Shown: positions 10,443-20,583 of the stretch, one piece after another
How the letters are laid out: every line of letters starts with the position of its first letter
Numbering within the stretch: the stretch's first letter is position 1
NCBI GenBank assembly: GCA_016939365.1
Contig: JAFGHD010000130.1
Coordinates: 2,707 to 66,706 of the forward strand
Direction: 5' to 3'
Origin: Bacteroidales bacterium
GTDB lineage: Bacteria > Bacteroidota > Bacteroidia > Bacteroidales > JAFGHD01
Length of the DNA: 64,000 nucleotides
Made by a program: the position numbers and the translations under genes
The notes under the pieces: model-generated
Databases searched by the model: none
What the model was told of the DNA's origin: nothing
The model's input: only the letters and a program-made list of their open reading frames with translations

Positions 10443-10970
10443 ATGAAAAGCATCGCTTTGATATTCTGGCCAAAAGGAGGCAATGTGGAGCAAGCCGCAC
10501 GGAAAGTGGCGGAAGCTTTGAAACCTGCAAGCGTCGATCTGTTTGATGTGGCCGGTATTGATCCCATGTCACTCTCCGGCTGTGATTTCCTGATCCTCGG
10601 AGGATCAACTGTGGGCGCGGAAACCTGGCAGGAGGCAAGCGATATGAATAAATGGAGTTCTTTCTTCAGTGAAATTAAAAAAACCGGACTTCAGAAAAAA
10701 AACGTCGCATTTTTCGGCCTGGGCGATCAGGTACTTTATCCTCACCATTTCGTGGACGGATTGGGAATCTTTCAGCAGGAGATCCATATGACCGGAGCCA
10801 GGATTTCGGGCAAATGGCCCGTTGCAGGTTATGACTTTACCGAATCAGCAGGGCACTCCGGGGATTATTTTTTTGGATTGGCGCTTGATGAGGACAGGCA
10901 GCCCGAACTCACAGACTCACGCATCAGGGAATGGACAAACCTTCTGAAAGAGGAGTGGGGGATAGATTGA
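10443..10970 (+). CDS. Flavodoxin-like protein
   Basis: ORF 10416..10970. The likely start is MKSIALIFWPKGGNVEQAARKV at 10443. Flavodoxin-like alpha/beta pattern (DFLILGGSTVG, VAFFGLGDQVLYPHHF, FFGLALDEDRQPELT). The phosphate-binding loop is atypical (PKGGNV instead of S/T-x-T-G-x-T). Confidence 0.6.
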   Translation: MKSIALIFWPKGGNVEQAARKVAEALKPASVDLFDVAGIDPMSLSGCDFLILGGSTVGAETWQEASDMNKWSSFFSEIKKTGLQKKNVAFFGLGDQVLYPHHFVDGLGIFQQEIHMTGARISGKWPVAGYDFTESAGHSGDYFFGLALDEDRQPELTDSRIREWTNLLKEEWGID

Positions 10971-11057
10971 ACTCCAGACATCATACCCTTGGGTCTGTCA
11001 TGGCCTGAAACATGCAGAGATATTAAAGTCCATACCAACCCGGACTTCACCCACCGG

Positions 11058-13121
11058 CTATTTTTCGAGTACCTTGAACTCTGTCCTGCGGTTGAGCTGC
11101 CTACCTTCCTCGGTATCATTGGGTGCAACAGGCTGGGTGAAACCATAACCGATATAGGTCAGCCGGTTCTGTGAAATACCCTTTCCCAGCAGATAATCCA
11201 CAACGCTTTTGGCACGTTCCTGCGATAATTTCTGGTTATAGGTGGCAGATCCGATATTGTCCGTATGGCCGGATATTTCAATTTTCAATGTCGGCACATC
11301 GATCAGAAGCTTGAAAAGCCTGTCAAGTTCGGCAGTGGATTCAGGGCGGAGTGTGGCCTTGTCGAAATCAAAGAATATGTTGTTCAGAACGATCCGTGTT
11401 CCGACCGCAACCTTCTTCAGAAGGATATCCTTCTGGATTTTTTTTGCTACGGCATCTTCAGGGATATCGAAATTCTCAGAATGGAACAAGTAGTCCTCCT
11501 TGTTCACTGATATGCCATAGTTGAATCCGGCCCGGAGCGAGATCAGGTAGGATCCTGTAATGCTGTTGGATTCAAAACTGGCGATCAGTTCATTCTTGTT
11601 GTTGTCGATAATCTCGATGGTGGCCTGCAAGGGCTCGAGGGTAATGGCATCCAGTATCACACCGGATAAAATGGTGTTTTGCTCAATTTTCGGTTCCAGG
11701 TCTGTAACCATCACCGGTCTTGCCCTATAGGCGAGCAGCTCGTTCTCTCCCTGACTGATCATAGGTTTGGCCGCACCCAGGAAGGTGATGATGTAAAGGT
11801 CCTGACCCCCATATCCATCGGCTTTCTTTGAAGAATAGTACCCCCTTTGCCCGGAAGCCGCCATGGTGAAAAAAACGTCATCGTCGGGTGTGTTCACCGG
11901 ATAACCCAGGTTGACGGGATTGTCCCACTTGCCATCCCTGAATTCCGACTTGAATATGTCATATCCCCCCATGGTATTGTGGCCTTTGGAGCTGAAATAG
12001 AGCGTCCGGCCATCAGGCGTAATGAACACGCTTTCTTCATCATATGGGGTATTGATGGCGGCACCGATGTTCATTCCTTTCGTCCAGCGGTCCCTGTCAT
12101 CTTTCTTGCTGAAAAAAATATCCAGGCCACCATAGCCATCTTCACGAATAGAGGTGAAATAAAGGGTTCTTTTGTCGAATGTCAGCGATGCCGATGACTG
12201 CTTCAGCCCTCCGTTGATTTCGTTCGGGAGCTTTGATGGATTCTTGTACTGGTTCCCCACCAGGGGGCATTCATACAAATCATTACCTCCTGCTGACTTG
12301 TAAATATAAAGAATGAGCCCGTCAGACGAAATACCTGCAGTGGCATCATGGTTATTGCTGTTCAGATCATAGGCATTGTCGGGCACACTCCAGGTGCCAC
12401 CCTTGTAGTAGGTAACATAAATATCCTCAAAGTAATAGGAATCCTTATCCCGCTCACCACCTGTCGTGTTCTCCCGTGAAGAGGTGAACATGATCATGTC
12501 TTCCTCAGGTACGACCAATGGTGAATAATCAGGATAGGAGGAGTTGACGGTAGATCCCAGGTTGTCAACGAATACCCTGACGGGATGCCCGACCATTTCC
12601 TTGGCCGTTTCACATTCCTGAACCCTTTTATCAATCAATTCAGCCTGTTCGGTGAGTCTTTCGGGAGTCAGCGAATTTTTGTGTTCAGTGTACTGGGCAA
12701 TGGCCTTGTCAAATTCATAGTTCAGGTGGTAAGCGCGTGCGAGGAGATAATGAATGTCATTGTATTCGAGTTCCAGGCTGATCCGCGGATCAAGCTCATA
12801 TGCCCTCTCAAGGTATCTGATGGCTTCTGTTTTATCATTATGCCACAGGTAACACCTGCCGATCTTATAATTCAGCAAAGAGTTGTCCGGGTTGAATTTC
12901 TGGGCTTTCATGTAGGCGTCAATGGCAAAATCGACCATGCCGGGACCCTGATCCCAGTATTTGTCTCCCTCCTTGATAGCACTCAATGCATCACTGAGCT
13001 CATTTCTGTTGTTCGGGAACTGGTATTTGGAAAACTCCACACTCTGGGATGAAACATCCCTCAGGCCCAATCCGATGAACAGGATGAGCAAAAAGGTATT
13101 CCTCAGGTTCATGTATATCAC
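11058..13121 (-). CDS. OmpA-family protein with N-terminal TPR and TolB-like beta-propeller repeats
   Basis: 687 aa with a signal peptide. TPR motifs (AIRYLERAYELDPR). Repeated PDG..LYF/SS motifs (TPDGRTLYFSS, DKRTLYFTS). C-terminal OmpA domain FDFDKATLRPES...ISGHTDNIGSATYNQKLSQERAKSV...NRRTEF. Confidence 0.8.
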   Translation of the reverse strand: MIYMNLRNTFLLILFIGLGLRDVSSQSVEFSKYQFPNNRNELSDALSAIKEGDKYWDQGPGMVDFAIDAYMKAQKFNPDNSLLNYKIGRCYLWHNDKTEAIRYLERAYELDPRISLELEYNDIHYLLARAYHLNYEFDKAIAQYTEHKNSLTPERLTEQAELIDKRVQECETAKEMVGHPVRVFVDNLGSTVNSSYPDYSPLVVPEEDMIMFTSSRENTTGGERDKDSYYFEDIYVTYYKGGTWSVPDNAYDLNSNNHDATAGISSDGLILYIYKSAGGNDLYECPLVGNQYKNPSKLPNEINGGLKQSSASLTFDKRTLYFTSIREDGYGGLDIFFSKKDDRDRWTKGMNIGAAINTPYDEESVFITPDGRTLYFSSKGHNTMGGYDIFKSEFRDGKWDNPVNLGYPVNTPDDDVFFTMAASGQRGYYSSKKADGYGGQDLYIITFLGAAKPMISQGENELLAYRARPVMVTDLEPKIEQNTILSGVILDAITLEPLQATIEIIDNNKNELIASFESNSITGSYLISLRAGFNYGISVNKEDYLFHSENFDIPEDAVAKKIQKDILLKKVAVGTRIVLNNIFFDFDKATLRPESTAELDRLFKLLIDVPTLKIEISGHTDNIGSATYNQKLSQERAKSVVDYLLGKGISQNRLTYIGYGFTQPVAPNDTEEGRQLNRRTEFKVLEK

Positions 13122-13129
13122 TTTGATCG

Positions 13130-14182
13130 TTATTTACATTGTTCGTTCACGTATGAATCCGCCTGTTCAACTCCAAGGGAGAGGGCCTTGCTCCAATCCC
13201 GGCACGCTCCCTCATTGTCACGCATCATCTCCCGTGCGATTCCCCTGTTCAGGTATGCTTCTCCATATCTGGGATCCAGCTTGATCGCCTCATTGTAGTC
13301 GGAAATGGCGCCTTCGAAGTTACCCAGCATATACCTTGTATTACCCCGGTTGTTGAGTGCCCTGACATACTCAGGACTGAGGCTGAGGGCTCCTGTGAAG
13401 TCCGCCTCGGCTCCTTCATAATCGCCTGCCTGGAATTTCGCTTTTCCACGGTTGTTGAACGCGAGGTGATATTCAGGATCCACCCGGATGGCTGCCGTAT
13501 AATCCTCAATGGCCGCTTCCATGTCGCCAAGCAGCTCATGAACCATTCCCATGTTGTTAAAGGCAAAGGAAAGCTTGGGATCGACCGACGTAGCCTTCCG
13601 GAAGTCATCCAGGGCCTTCTGATATTCTTTCAGTTTCAGATAGGTGCTGCCCCTGTCATTATATGCATAGGCATACCCGGGTTCAGCCTCAATGGCCTTA
13701 TTGAAATCATCCAGCGCCTCCTGGTACTTGCCGGATTCAAAATATATGCAGCCCCTGTGGTAATATGCTTTTGCGAATTTGGAGTCTTCCGCTAAAGCGA
13801 CCGACAAATCTTCAAGCGCTTTCTGCGCGTTTTCCATCCTCGCATGCGCAAGCGCCCTTCCCAGATAGGCTTTGGCCGTCGGTCGTATGTTGATCACCCT
13901 GTTGAAATCCTCCAGGGCGCCCTCCGGATTGTTCAGGTGAAGACGTATGCAACCCCTGTTGTATATGGCCTTGCTGAACTCCGGATTGAGCTGGATCGCT
14001 TTGTTGAAGTCGGCGATGGCTTCTGCATACTGCCCGTCTTCTGCCTGGGCAAGCCCGTCATTATACACCTTGTTCGCCATCTGATTGTTGTCATAGAGCT
14101 GACGGGTGGAATCTGCCACATTCTGAGCAGCAACAAAGGAACCCACCAAAAAAACACCTGCCGAAAGGAGAAGTATCTTCAT
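13130..14182 (-). CDS. TPR-repeat protein (secreted)
   Basis: 350 aa with a signal peptide. About nine tandem 34-aa TPR units (AIADFNKAIQLNPEF, ALDDFNKAIEAEPGY, AISDYNEAIKLDPRY, and others). Confidence 0.8.
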   Translation of the reverse strand: MKILLLSAGVFLVGSFVAAQNVADSTRQLYDNNQMANKVYNDGLAQAEDGQYAEAIADFNKAIQLNPEFSKAIYNRGCIRLHLNNPEGALEDFNRVINIRPTAKAYLGRALAHARMENAQKALEDLSVALAEDSKFAKAYYHRGCIYFESGKYQEALDDFNKAIEAEPGYAYAYNDRGSTYLKLKEYQKALDDFRKATSVDPKLSFAFNNMGMVHELLGDMEAAIEDYTAAIRVDPEYHLAFNNRGKAKFQAGDYEGAEADFTGALSLSPEYVRALNNRGNTRYMLGNFEGAISDYNEAIKLDPRYGEAYLNRGIAREMMRDNEGACRDWSKALSLGVEQADSYVNEQCK

Positions 14183-14404
14183 GAAAAACCTGATTGATTA
14201 TTCGCTTGCCAAGATATTAATTTTTTCGCAAACCCGCATGATGAACATGATAGGTATTCTTCTGGTGATCAACAGGCATCAATAACAGCTACCTTAAATC
14301 CTCCCTGAGGGGTTTGGCGGTATCCGGTTGATAGTGCCTGGTTCAAATAATCCGTCTGCCTGCTGCCGGCACTGATCCGTCCGATATGCGGACCGGGGTC
14401 ATGC

Positions 14405-15850
14405 TCATTGCTTTACCACATTGAGGTAGTGCTGATAACGCTCCATTATCTCGATCACAAACCAGTACGGTTCATCGCACTGGCAATATCCGAATCTGAC
14501 CACCGGGTCTTTGTAGTACTTCGGATTATCCTTGTTCAGGAGGAAAGTATCGACACTGTTCTCCCATACGGCAGGATCGGCACCATATTTCTCCGCGAGC
14601 CTGATGGCATCATAAACATGGGCATTTCCGGCGTTGTAGGCTGCAAGAACGAAACGGATCCTCTCCTCCGGGTCCGGGACGAGGGGCTCAAATTGCCTCT
14701 GGATGCGCTTGATCAGCTCCACCCCGGCCTTTATCTGCTCTTCCGGGGGTGAGAGTGAGTCAACTCCCAGCAGCTCAGCAGTCCCGGGCATCAGCTGCAT
14801 CAGACCGAAGGCTCCCGCCCACGATCTGGCATCGGGCCGGAAACCCGACTCCTGATAGATCAGTGAGGCCAGCAAGCGCCAGTCCCAACCGATCTCCGGG
14901 CTGTATTTCCGGATCAATTCATCATATTCCGAGATGCGACCACCTGTAAGGGAATGATAGGAGCTGGCAGCCCATCGGGCCGTACGTTCACTTTTAAAGT
15001 ATTTATGGTACAAGATGGCCGCCAAACGGGATTCCTGGAATCCGGCAAGCCATGTATTGATCTCATGCTGCAAACCATGCGCTCCCTTTTGGGTAGCCCA
15101 TGCTATATGCTGCGGAAAACTGATGGCAGTACCTGCATCCATCCGGGAATACCTTCGCAGCGCGACCATGGCCAGGTGCTCATTGCAAACGGTATAATCG
15201 ATCGTACCCCTGCCCACCATTTCGATCAGTTCCTCAGCAGTCGCCTCCGGATGCTCAATGATCCTTATCTCCGATCCGATCTCATCCGACAGGTGGGCCA
15301 GCCTCAGGCGGTAGGTCGTACCTTTCTGGATATAGACCGTCTTGCCGGCAAGGTCCAGGGGATTCCTGATCAGCGGAGCCCGGGAGGTATCCCCGGGCAG
15401 AGCACCTGGCCTGCGCTGCACGAGTACCTGGCGTGTCTGAAGAATCGGATGGCTGAAATCCACCCTTTTATTCAACTCCCGGGTAATGGTCAGCCCTGAG
15501 GCCAGCAGGTCGCATTCACCACGGCTCAGATTTCTGATACTTTCATCCAGGTCATTCATTATCCTTATTTCCAGCTTCACCCCCAGGTAATCTGAAAAGG
15601 ATTTGAGCATCTCATATTGAAATCCCATGGGTTCCCCTCGGTACACAAAGTAATTGATCGTAGTGTACCGGGTGGAGGCGACCAGTACCCCCCGTTCACG
15701 GATACGGCGGATCACCGCATCGGTCGGGATATCCTCCCGGCGTAATGCCTCCTCCATCTTTCTCCGGTGATCCAGACAGGATGATACTGAAAGTATGATG
15801 AAAAGGAGAACTCCGGCCGCCGGGAAAAAACGCAGATTCAACCTTATCAT
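14405..15850 (-). CDS. MltF-like membrane-bound lytic transglycosylase (SBP_bac_3 + SLT domains)
   Basis: The ORF runs to 16087, but Met 15850 gives MIRLNLRFFPAAGVLLFIILSVSSC (signal peptide plus lipobox) and removes the overlap with the divergent gene. It has a solute-binding-like N-terminal domain. The SLT motif is SLIYQESGFRPDARSWAGAFGLMQLMPGTA. Confidence 0.8.
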   Translation of the reverse strand: MIRLNLRFFPAAGVLLFIILSVSSCLDHRRKMEEALRREDIPTDAVIRRIRERGVLVASTRYTTINYFVYRGEPMGFQYEMLKSFSDYLGVKLEIRIMNDLDESIRNLSRGECDLLASGLTITRELNKRVDFSHPILQTRQVLVQRRPGALPGDTSRAPLIRNPLDLAGKTVYIQKGTTYRLRLAHLSDEIGSEIRIIEHPEATAEELIEMVGRGTIDYTVCNEHLAMVALRRYSRMDAGTAISFPQHIAWATQKGAHGLQHEINTWLAGFQESRLAAILYHKYFKSERTARWAASSYHSLTGGRISEYDELIRKYSPEIGWDWRLLASLIYQESGFRPDARSWAGAFGLMQLMPGTAELLGVDSLSPPEEQIKAGVELIKRIQRQFEPLVPDPEERIRFVLAAYNAGNAHVYDAIRLAEKYGADPAVWENSVDTFLLNKDNPKYYKDPVVRFGYCQCDEPYWFVIEIMERYQHYLNVVKQ

Positions 15851-15968
15851 GGACGTCCAAAATAACGATTTTTCCCGAATGGTATTGAGATCACCACCAG
15901 GAAATTGTAGCGGGCTTGTATGATCAAGCGGAGAATTATCTACTTTTACTAAACAAAATCTCCGTATC

Positions 15969-17429
15969 ATGAATAAACATTTACTCCCCACAATAACCGC
16001 CCTGATAATGGTGCTGCCGGCATTCATCATGGCACAGACCGGTTCGGGCGTGTTCTCGGTAACCGGCTCGGGATACAGCTCCACCATCGTAACCGATTAT
16101 CAGTGTGTCGGGATCAATCCGGCCAATCTGGGCTGGAAAAGGAATCAGCATCTGATGAATGTGGGTGCCGGCAACGGGGAGATATCGGTTTATTCTGAAC
16201 CCCTGAAACGACAGCTGGTATCCGATCTTTTCAGTTCGGATGAAGCCTTCACCCCGGAAGAGAAAGAGGAAGCCGTCAGGAACTTCACAGGAAAAAAGCT
16301 CCAGTTTGAAGGAAATCTCAATGGCCTCGGCATCTCATTCCAGGATGAGAACATCGGCGGTTTTGCCTTTGCGGTAAAAGAAAGACTCTTCTGGGACTCC
16401 AACCTGAATGAATTGACCTCCGACCTGCTGTTCAAGGGATATTACTCCGATTACTTCGATTCTCTGGTGGTGGAGAATGGTACAACAGTGGGATATACAA
16501 CCAATCCGGCCAAGGTATCCCTGCTTTTCGAGGACACTCATCTGGATGTACTGTGGTACAGGGAGTTCAACCTCTCTTACGGCAGGATCATTTATGGAAG
16601 TGAACGGTTTAGCCTTTACGGCGGTATCGGTCTGAAATACATCAGGGGATACAGCATTTTCAATTACAACTATACCGGCGGTGGTTCCATCAATGCCTAT
16701 TCCGCTCTCAATCCGGTGCTGGATGTGGATTATGATACCTATTCACCCTCCCGGATCGATGGTAATGATTACCAGTCTGTCGGCAACGGTTTCGGGGCTG
16801 ATGTCGGCCTGACGGCACGCATCGACGATCTGAGCCTTTCGGTTTCGGTCACGGATATCGGACAGGTCAAATGGAACGGAAATGTCTACGAAGGGGAGGA
16901 TGCATTGCTGGAGAACATTGAAACCTCGGGTATGAATAATTACAACATTCTGCTGCTGGACGACAACCTTGCATTTGACAATCTGAAATGGGGGGGATGG
17001 AAAGGGCTTGAAAACAAGACGGTCAGCCTTCCTGGGGCATTCCGAGCAGGTGCAGCATACCTGTTGAAGGAACGGTTTGAATTCGGCACTGACCTGTTCC
17101 TTCCACTGAATGATGTCCCGGGATCCTATGATAAGGTACTGGTAGGGCTGGGCACACGTATTTCACCCGTGAAATGGCTGCGCGGTTCACTTGGAATCGT
17201 TACCGGCGGGGAAACGGGAACCTCGGTACCCATGGGCCTTTCCTTTTTCCCGGTCAACAACAGCAGCTTCACCTGGGAGATCGGCCTCGCCGTCCGGGAT
17301 ATCACCACCTATTTCTCACAGGAAAAGCCCACCGTATCCCTGGCATTCGGTGTGCTCCGGTTCAGCTTCGGTCACCTTGATACCCGACAAAGCATCGGTA
17401 CAGATACAGATGCACCTGCAGACCGTTGA
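15969..17429 (+). CDS. Putative outer-membrane beta-barrel protein (family not identified)
   Basis: 486 aa with a signal peptide (ITALIMVLPAFIMAQ). G/Y/N/S-rich alternating strand pattern. C-terminal region ...SLAFGVLRFSFG. Confidence 0.5.
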   Translation: MNKHLLPTITALIMVLPAFIMAQTGSGVFSVTGSGYSSTIVTDYQCVGINPANLGWKRNQHLMNVGAGNGEISVYSEPLKRQLVSDLFSSDEAFTPEEKEEAVRNFTGKKLQFEGNLNGLGISFQDENIGGFAFAVKERLFWDSNLNELTSDLLFKGYYSDYFDSLVVENGTTVGYTTNPAKVSLLFEDTHLDVLWYREFNLSYGRIIYGSERFSLYGGIGLKYIRGYSIFNYNYTGGGSINAYSALNPVLDVDYDTYSPSRIDGNDYQSVGNGFGADVGLTARIDDLSLSVSVTDIGQVKWNGNVYEGEDALLENIETSGMNNYNILLLDDNLAFDNLKWGGWKGLENKTVSLPGAFRAGAAYLLKERFEFGTDLFLPLNDVPGSYDKVLVGLGTRISPVKWLRGSLGIVTGGETGTSVPMGLSFFPVNNSSFTWEIGLAVRDITTYFSQEKPTVSLAFGVLRFSFGHLDTRQSIGTDTDAPADR

Positions 17430-17485
17430 CACAAGCCTCCAGGGTGAGCGGATCGGGAGTTGCCCCCGACCCCTTTTCTTTCATG

Positions 17486-18595
17486 TCACGTGGTCTTCTG
17501 GTACCTCCACACTGCAAGACCGAGCATGATGGAACCGTAAACCAGCAGGGAAAAAAATTCCTTCGATATCTCCCAAAATCCGGAACCCTTGAGAAGCAGC
17601 ATCCGGATCACCCTCATGAAATAGGCAAAAGGATTGATGATATTCACCGCATGAGCCCAGTCCGGCATGCTTTCCACCGGCGTGAAAATACCACTCATCA
17701 GAATGAAGGTGAGCATGAAGAAAAAAATGATGAACATCACCTGTTGTTGTGTCCCGGCCATGGTAGAGATCAACAGTCCGATCCCCAGGGCCACCAGGAG
17801 ATAAACTGCTGTAAAACCGAACAGCACCCATAAGCTGCCCTCCACCGGGATTTGAAAAAGAAGCCTGCCCAGGCTGAGCCCAAAGGCCAGTTCCAGCATG
17901 GCAATGATCCAGAAGGGGACCAGTTTGCCGGTTATGAACTGGTATTTCCTGACCGGGGTTACGTTGATCTGCTCAATGGTCCCTTTTTCCTTCTCCCTGA
18001 CAATGTTCAGCGCGGTAAGGAAGGCCCCGATGATCGTTACCAGTATGACAAGTATTCCCGGAAGCATGTAGATCTTGTAGTCCAGCTCCGGGTTATACCA
18101 GAAAGAACTTTCCACGGAGATATGTGGAAGTGCGACTGTTTCTGAACCTTGTGGCATATGCTCCTGAATGAAAGCCATGATGATCCGGCGGGAATATGCC
18201 TGTGTCAGACCGGCAGCCGTGGCATTGATGGCACTGATGAGCAACTGGACTCCGGAGGATTCATTCCGGACCATCGCTTCTTCAAAGTCTGCAGGGATGT
18301 TCAGAATGATATCCGCGCGATCACTGTGAAGCTCCCTTTCCGCCAAAGCCATGGATTCTGCCACCCCGCGAAGCCTGAAAAAGGGTGAGCCTTCAAATTT
18401 TCCCCTCAGTTCCCTTGAAAGTGGCGAATGATCCTGATCCACTATGACCATATCGATGCTTTTCATCTCCAGCGTGGCAGCATATACCAGGATGATCATC
18501 TGTATCAGCGGGACGAGAAATATGATCGGCAACATGGTACGGTCCCTGAATATCTGGATGAACTCCTTCTGAATAATGAAAAGTATCCTATGCAT
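17486..18595 (-). CDS. ABC-2 type transporter permease (YbhR/YbhS-like)
   Basis: 369 aa. N-terminus MHRILFIIQKEFIQIFRDRTML, then one TM segment, a large loop and five C-terminal TM segments, typical of ABC2_membrane_3. Part of the efflux operon. Confidence 0.8.
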   Translation of the reverse strand: MHRILFIIQKEFIQIFRDRTMLPIIFLVPLIQMIILVYAATLEMKSIDMVIVDQDHSPLSRELRGKFEGSPFFRLRGVAESMALAERELHSDRADIILNIPADFEEAMVRNESSGVQLLISAINATAAGLTQAYSRRIIMAFIQEHMPQGSETVALPHISVESSFWYNPELDYKIYMLPGILVILVTIIGAFLTALNIVREKEKGTIEQINVTPVRKYQFITGKLVPFWIIAMLELAFGLSLGRLLFQIPVEGSLWVLFGFTAVYLLVALGIGLLISTMAGTQQQVMFIIFFFMLTFILMSGIFTPVESMPDWAHAVNIINPFAYFMRVIRMLLLKGSGFWEISKEFFSLLVYGSIMLGLAVWRYQKTT

Positions 18596-18720
18596 TTACC
18601 TTCAAATCTTTATGGGTTGTAACCGATGTGACTCCTCCTCCCATCGGGCGGCGCTATGATGAAAGGCTCCTTGGGCCGGAAAGGCCGGGGGTTCCATGAC
18701 AATGAAGCAGGCAGGGATCT

Positions 18721-19827
18721 TCATACAAACCTGGTTTTGAATCTCCTGACGCTTAAAAAGATGAATAAAAGGGTCATTCCGGCAAGGATCAGGGTCTCTT
18801 CCCATACGAATTCCAGACCGCTACCTTTCAGCATGATATCCTTGATGATGGTGATGAAGTATTTGGGCGGCATGAGGGCACTGATCCATTGGAGGATCAA
18901 CGGCATGTTCTCCACCGGGAATATGAACCCGGACAAAAGGAGGGTGGGAAGCATCAGTGCGAACATGGAGATGAACATGGCCACCTGCTGTGTGCCGGCC
19001 AATGTGGAAATGAATATGCCCAGGGAGAGCGCCAGGCTGATGAACAGCAGGCTTTCGGACAAGAGCAGGGCCAGGCTTCCCCTCACCGGCATCCCGAAAA
19101 CAAAAAAACCCAGAAGGAGAATGACCACCGCATTGATAAAGGACAATACGACATAGGGTATTACCTTCCCGGCGATGATGTGGTAGGGCTTCAGGGGAGA
19201 GATCAGCAGTACCTCCAGTGTGCCCATCTCCTTTTCACGCGCGATGGAGATGGAGGTCATCATGGCCGATACCAGCATGAGGATCAGGGCCATGGTTCCG
19301 GGCACGAACATATATACCCCCTTCAACTCTGCGTTGTAAATCATCCGCTCCTCTATCCTGATGGCAGGGGGATGTGCCGGGGCAGGTCTGTAACGTATTG
19401 CAAAATCCTGGATGATCCCGTTGGTGTAGTTCACCAACAGGTTGGCGGTATTGGCATCCGAGGCATCCGCAATGACCTGGACAGTGGCCAGGCCTTCCTT
19501 CTCCAGCCTCTTCCCAAATCCCTGTCCAAAGATGACAACCTCCTTGATGTGGCCCTTTTTAAAGGCCTCATCAATCCCGTCCGTTGATGTAAGGCTCTCA
19601 TCCAGAATAAAATATCCCGAAGAAAGGATTTTCCCAGTGAGTTCCCTTGTGACCTCATCCTGTGACATGTCGAAGATCGCAATACGGAAGTTCCTGAACT
19701 CGTTGGTCACCACATAGCCAAAGATCAGCAACTGCGCCACGGGTATACCGAACAGCACCAGCATGGTCCTCCGGTCCCGGAAGATGTGGTTGAATTCCTT
19801 GATCACAAATCCACCGAAGCTCTTCAT
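18721..19827 (-). CDS. ABC-2 type transporter permease (YbhS/YbhR-like)
   Basis: 368 aa and a paralog of the previous gene (VIKEFNHIFRDRRTML). Abuts the ATPase gene stop at 19828. Confidence 0.8.
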   Translation of the reverse strand: MKSFGGFVIKEFNHIFRDRRTMLVLFGIPVAQLLIFGYVVTNEFRNFRIAIFDMSQDEVTRELTGKILSSGYFILDESLTSTDGIDEAFKKGHIKEVVIFGQGFGKRLEKEGLATVQVIADASDANTANLLVNYTNGIIQDFAIRYRPAPAHPPAIRIEERMIYNAELKGVYMFVPGTMALILMLVSAMMTSISIAREKEMGTLEVLLISPLKPYHIIAGKVIPYVVLSFINAVVILLLGFFVFGMPVRGSLALLLSESLLFISLALSLGIFISTLAGTQQVAMFISMFALMLPTLLLSGFIFPVENMPLILQWISALMPPKYFITIIKDIMLKGSGLEFVWEETLILAGMTLLFIFLSVRRFKTRFV

Positions 19828-20583
19828 TTATTGAGGTTCTCGTTCGTTTTGCCTTTTCCGGGCCAGTTTCAGGAAAACCTGTTCCATGCTGGCTGCCTGA
19901 TGTTTCTCCTTCAGGAATGCAGGAGGGCCTATTGTTTCGATCCGGCCGTCCACCATGATGGATACGCGGTCACAATACTCGGCTTCATCCATATAATGGG
20001 TGGTGACAAAGACGGTGATGCCCCCGCGTGCTGCTTCATAGATCAGTTCCCAGAATTGCCGCCGGGTGATGGGGTCCACTCCGCCCGTAGGTTCATCCAG
20101 GAAGACAATGGAGGGTTTATGAAAAACGGCCACGGAGAAAGCCAGCTTTTGCTTCCATCCCAGGGGCAGTGAAGCGATGAGCTGACCCTTCAGATGACCA
20201 ATCCCAAGACTACGGAGCATTTCGTCCATTCGCGGCCTGATGGTTCTGACCGGCAGGCCGTAGATCCCGGCATAAAAACGGAAGTTTTCGCCGACGGTGA
20301 GGTCTTCATACAGGGAGAACCGCTGGCTCATATATCCGATATGCTCTTTGATCTGTTCGGTCTGATGGTAGACATCATAGCCGGCAACGGACACCTCGCC
20401 CGAGGTGGGTTTCGACAGGCCGCACAGGATCCTGATGGCCGTGGTCTTTCCGGCCCCGTTGGCCCCAAGGAATCCGAAGATCTCACCCCGGTAGACGTCG
20501 AAGCTGAGACGGTCATTGGCCGTAAAGCTATCGAACCTCTTTGTGAGATCCCTGGCACGTATTACCTGCTCAATGCTGTCCAT
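19828..20583 (-). CDS. ABC transporter ATP-binding protein
   Basis: Start taken at Met 20583 (MDSIEQVIRARDLTKRF). Walker A GANGAGKTT, signature LPLGWKQKLAF, Walker B IVFLDEP. Confidence 0.85.
   Translation of the reverse strand: MDSIEQVIRARDLTKRFDSFTANDRLSFDVYRGEIFGFLGANGAGKTTAIRILCGLSKPTSGEVSVAGYDVYHQTEQIKEHIGYMSQRFSLYEDLTVGENFRFYAGIYGLPVRTIRPRMDEMLRSLGIGHLKGQLIASLPLGWKQKLAFSVAVFHKPSIVFLDEPTGGVDPITRRQFWELIYEAARGGITVFVTTHYMDEAEYCDRVSIMVDGRIETIGPPAFLKEKHQAASMEQVFLKLARKRQNEREPQ

Noticed and set aside
15851-16087. N-terminal extension of the MltF-like ORF to 16087
   Set aside because: The extension overlaps the divergent gene starting at 15969. It also precedes the obvious signal peptide/lipobox Met at 15850.
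18889-19587. 232-aa plus-strand ORF inside the ABC-2 permease gene. The same pattern occurs at 46919..47827 in metG, 38624..39385 and 39462..39863 in the FG-GAP gene, 52915..53517 in plsX, and 58660..59319 in blaR1
   Set aside because: All are antisense to genes with clear motifs and have non-protein-like composition.
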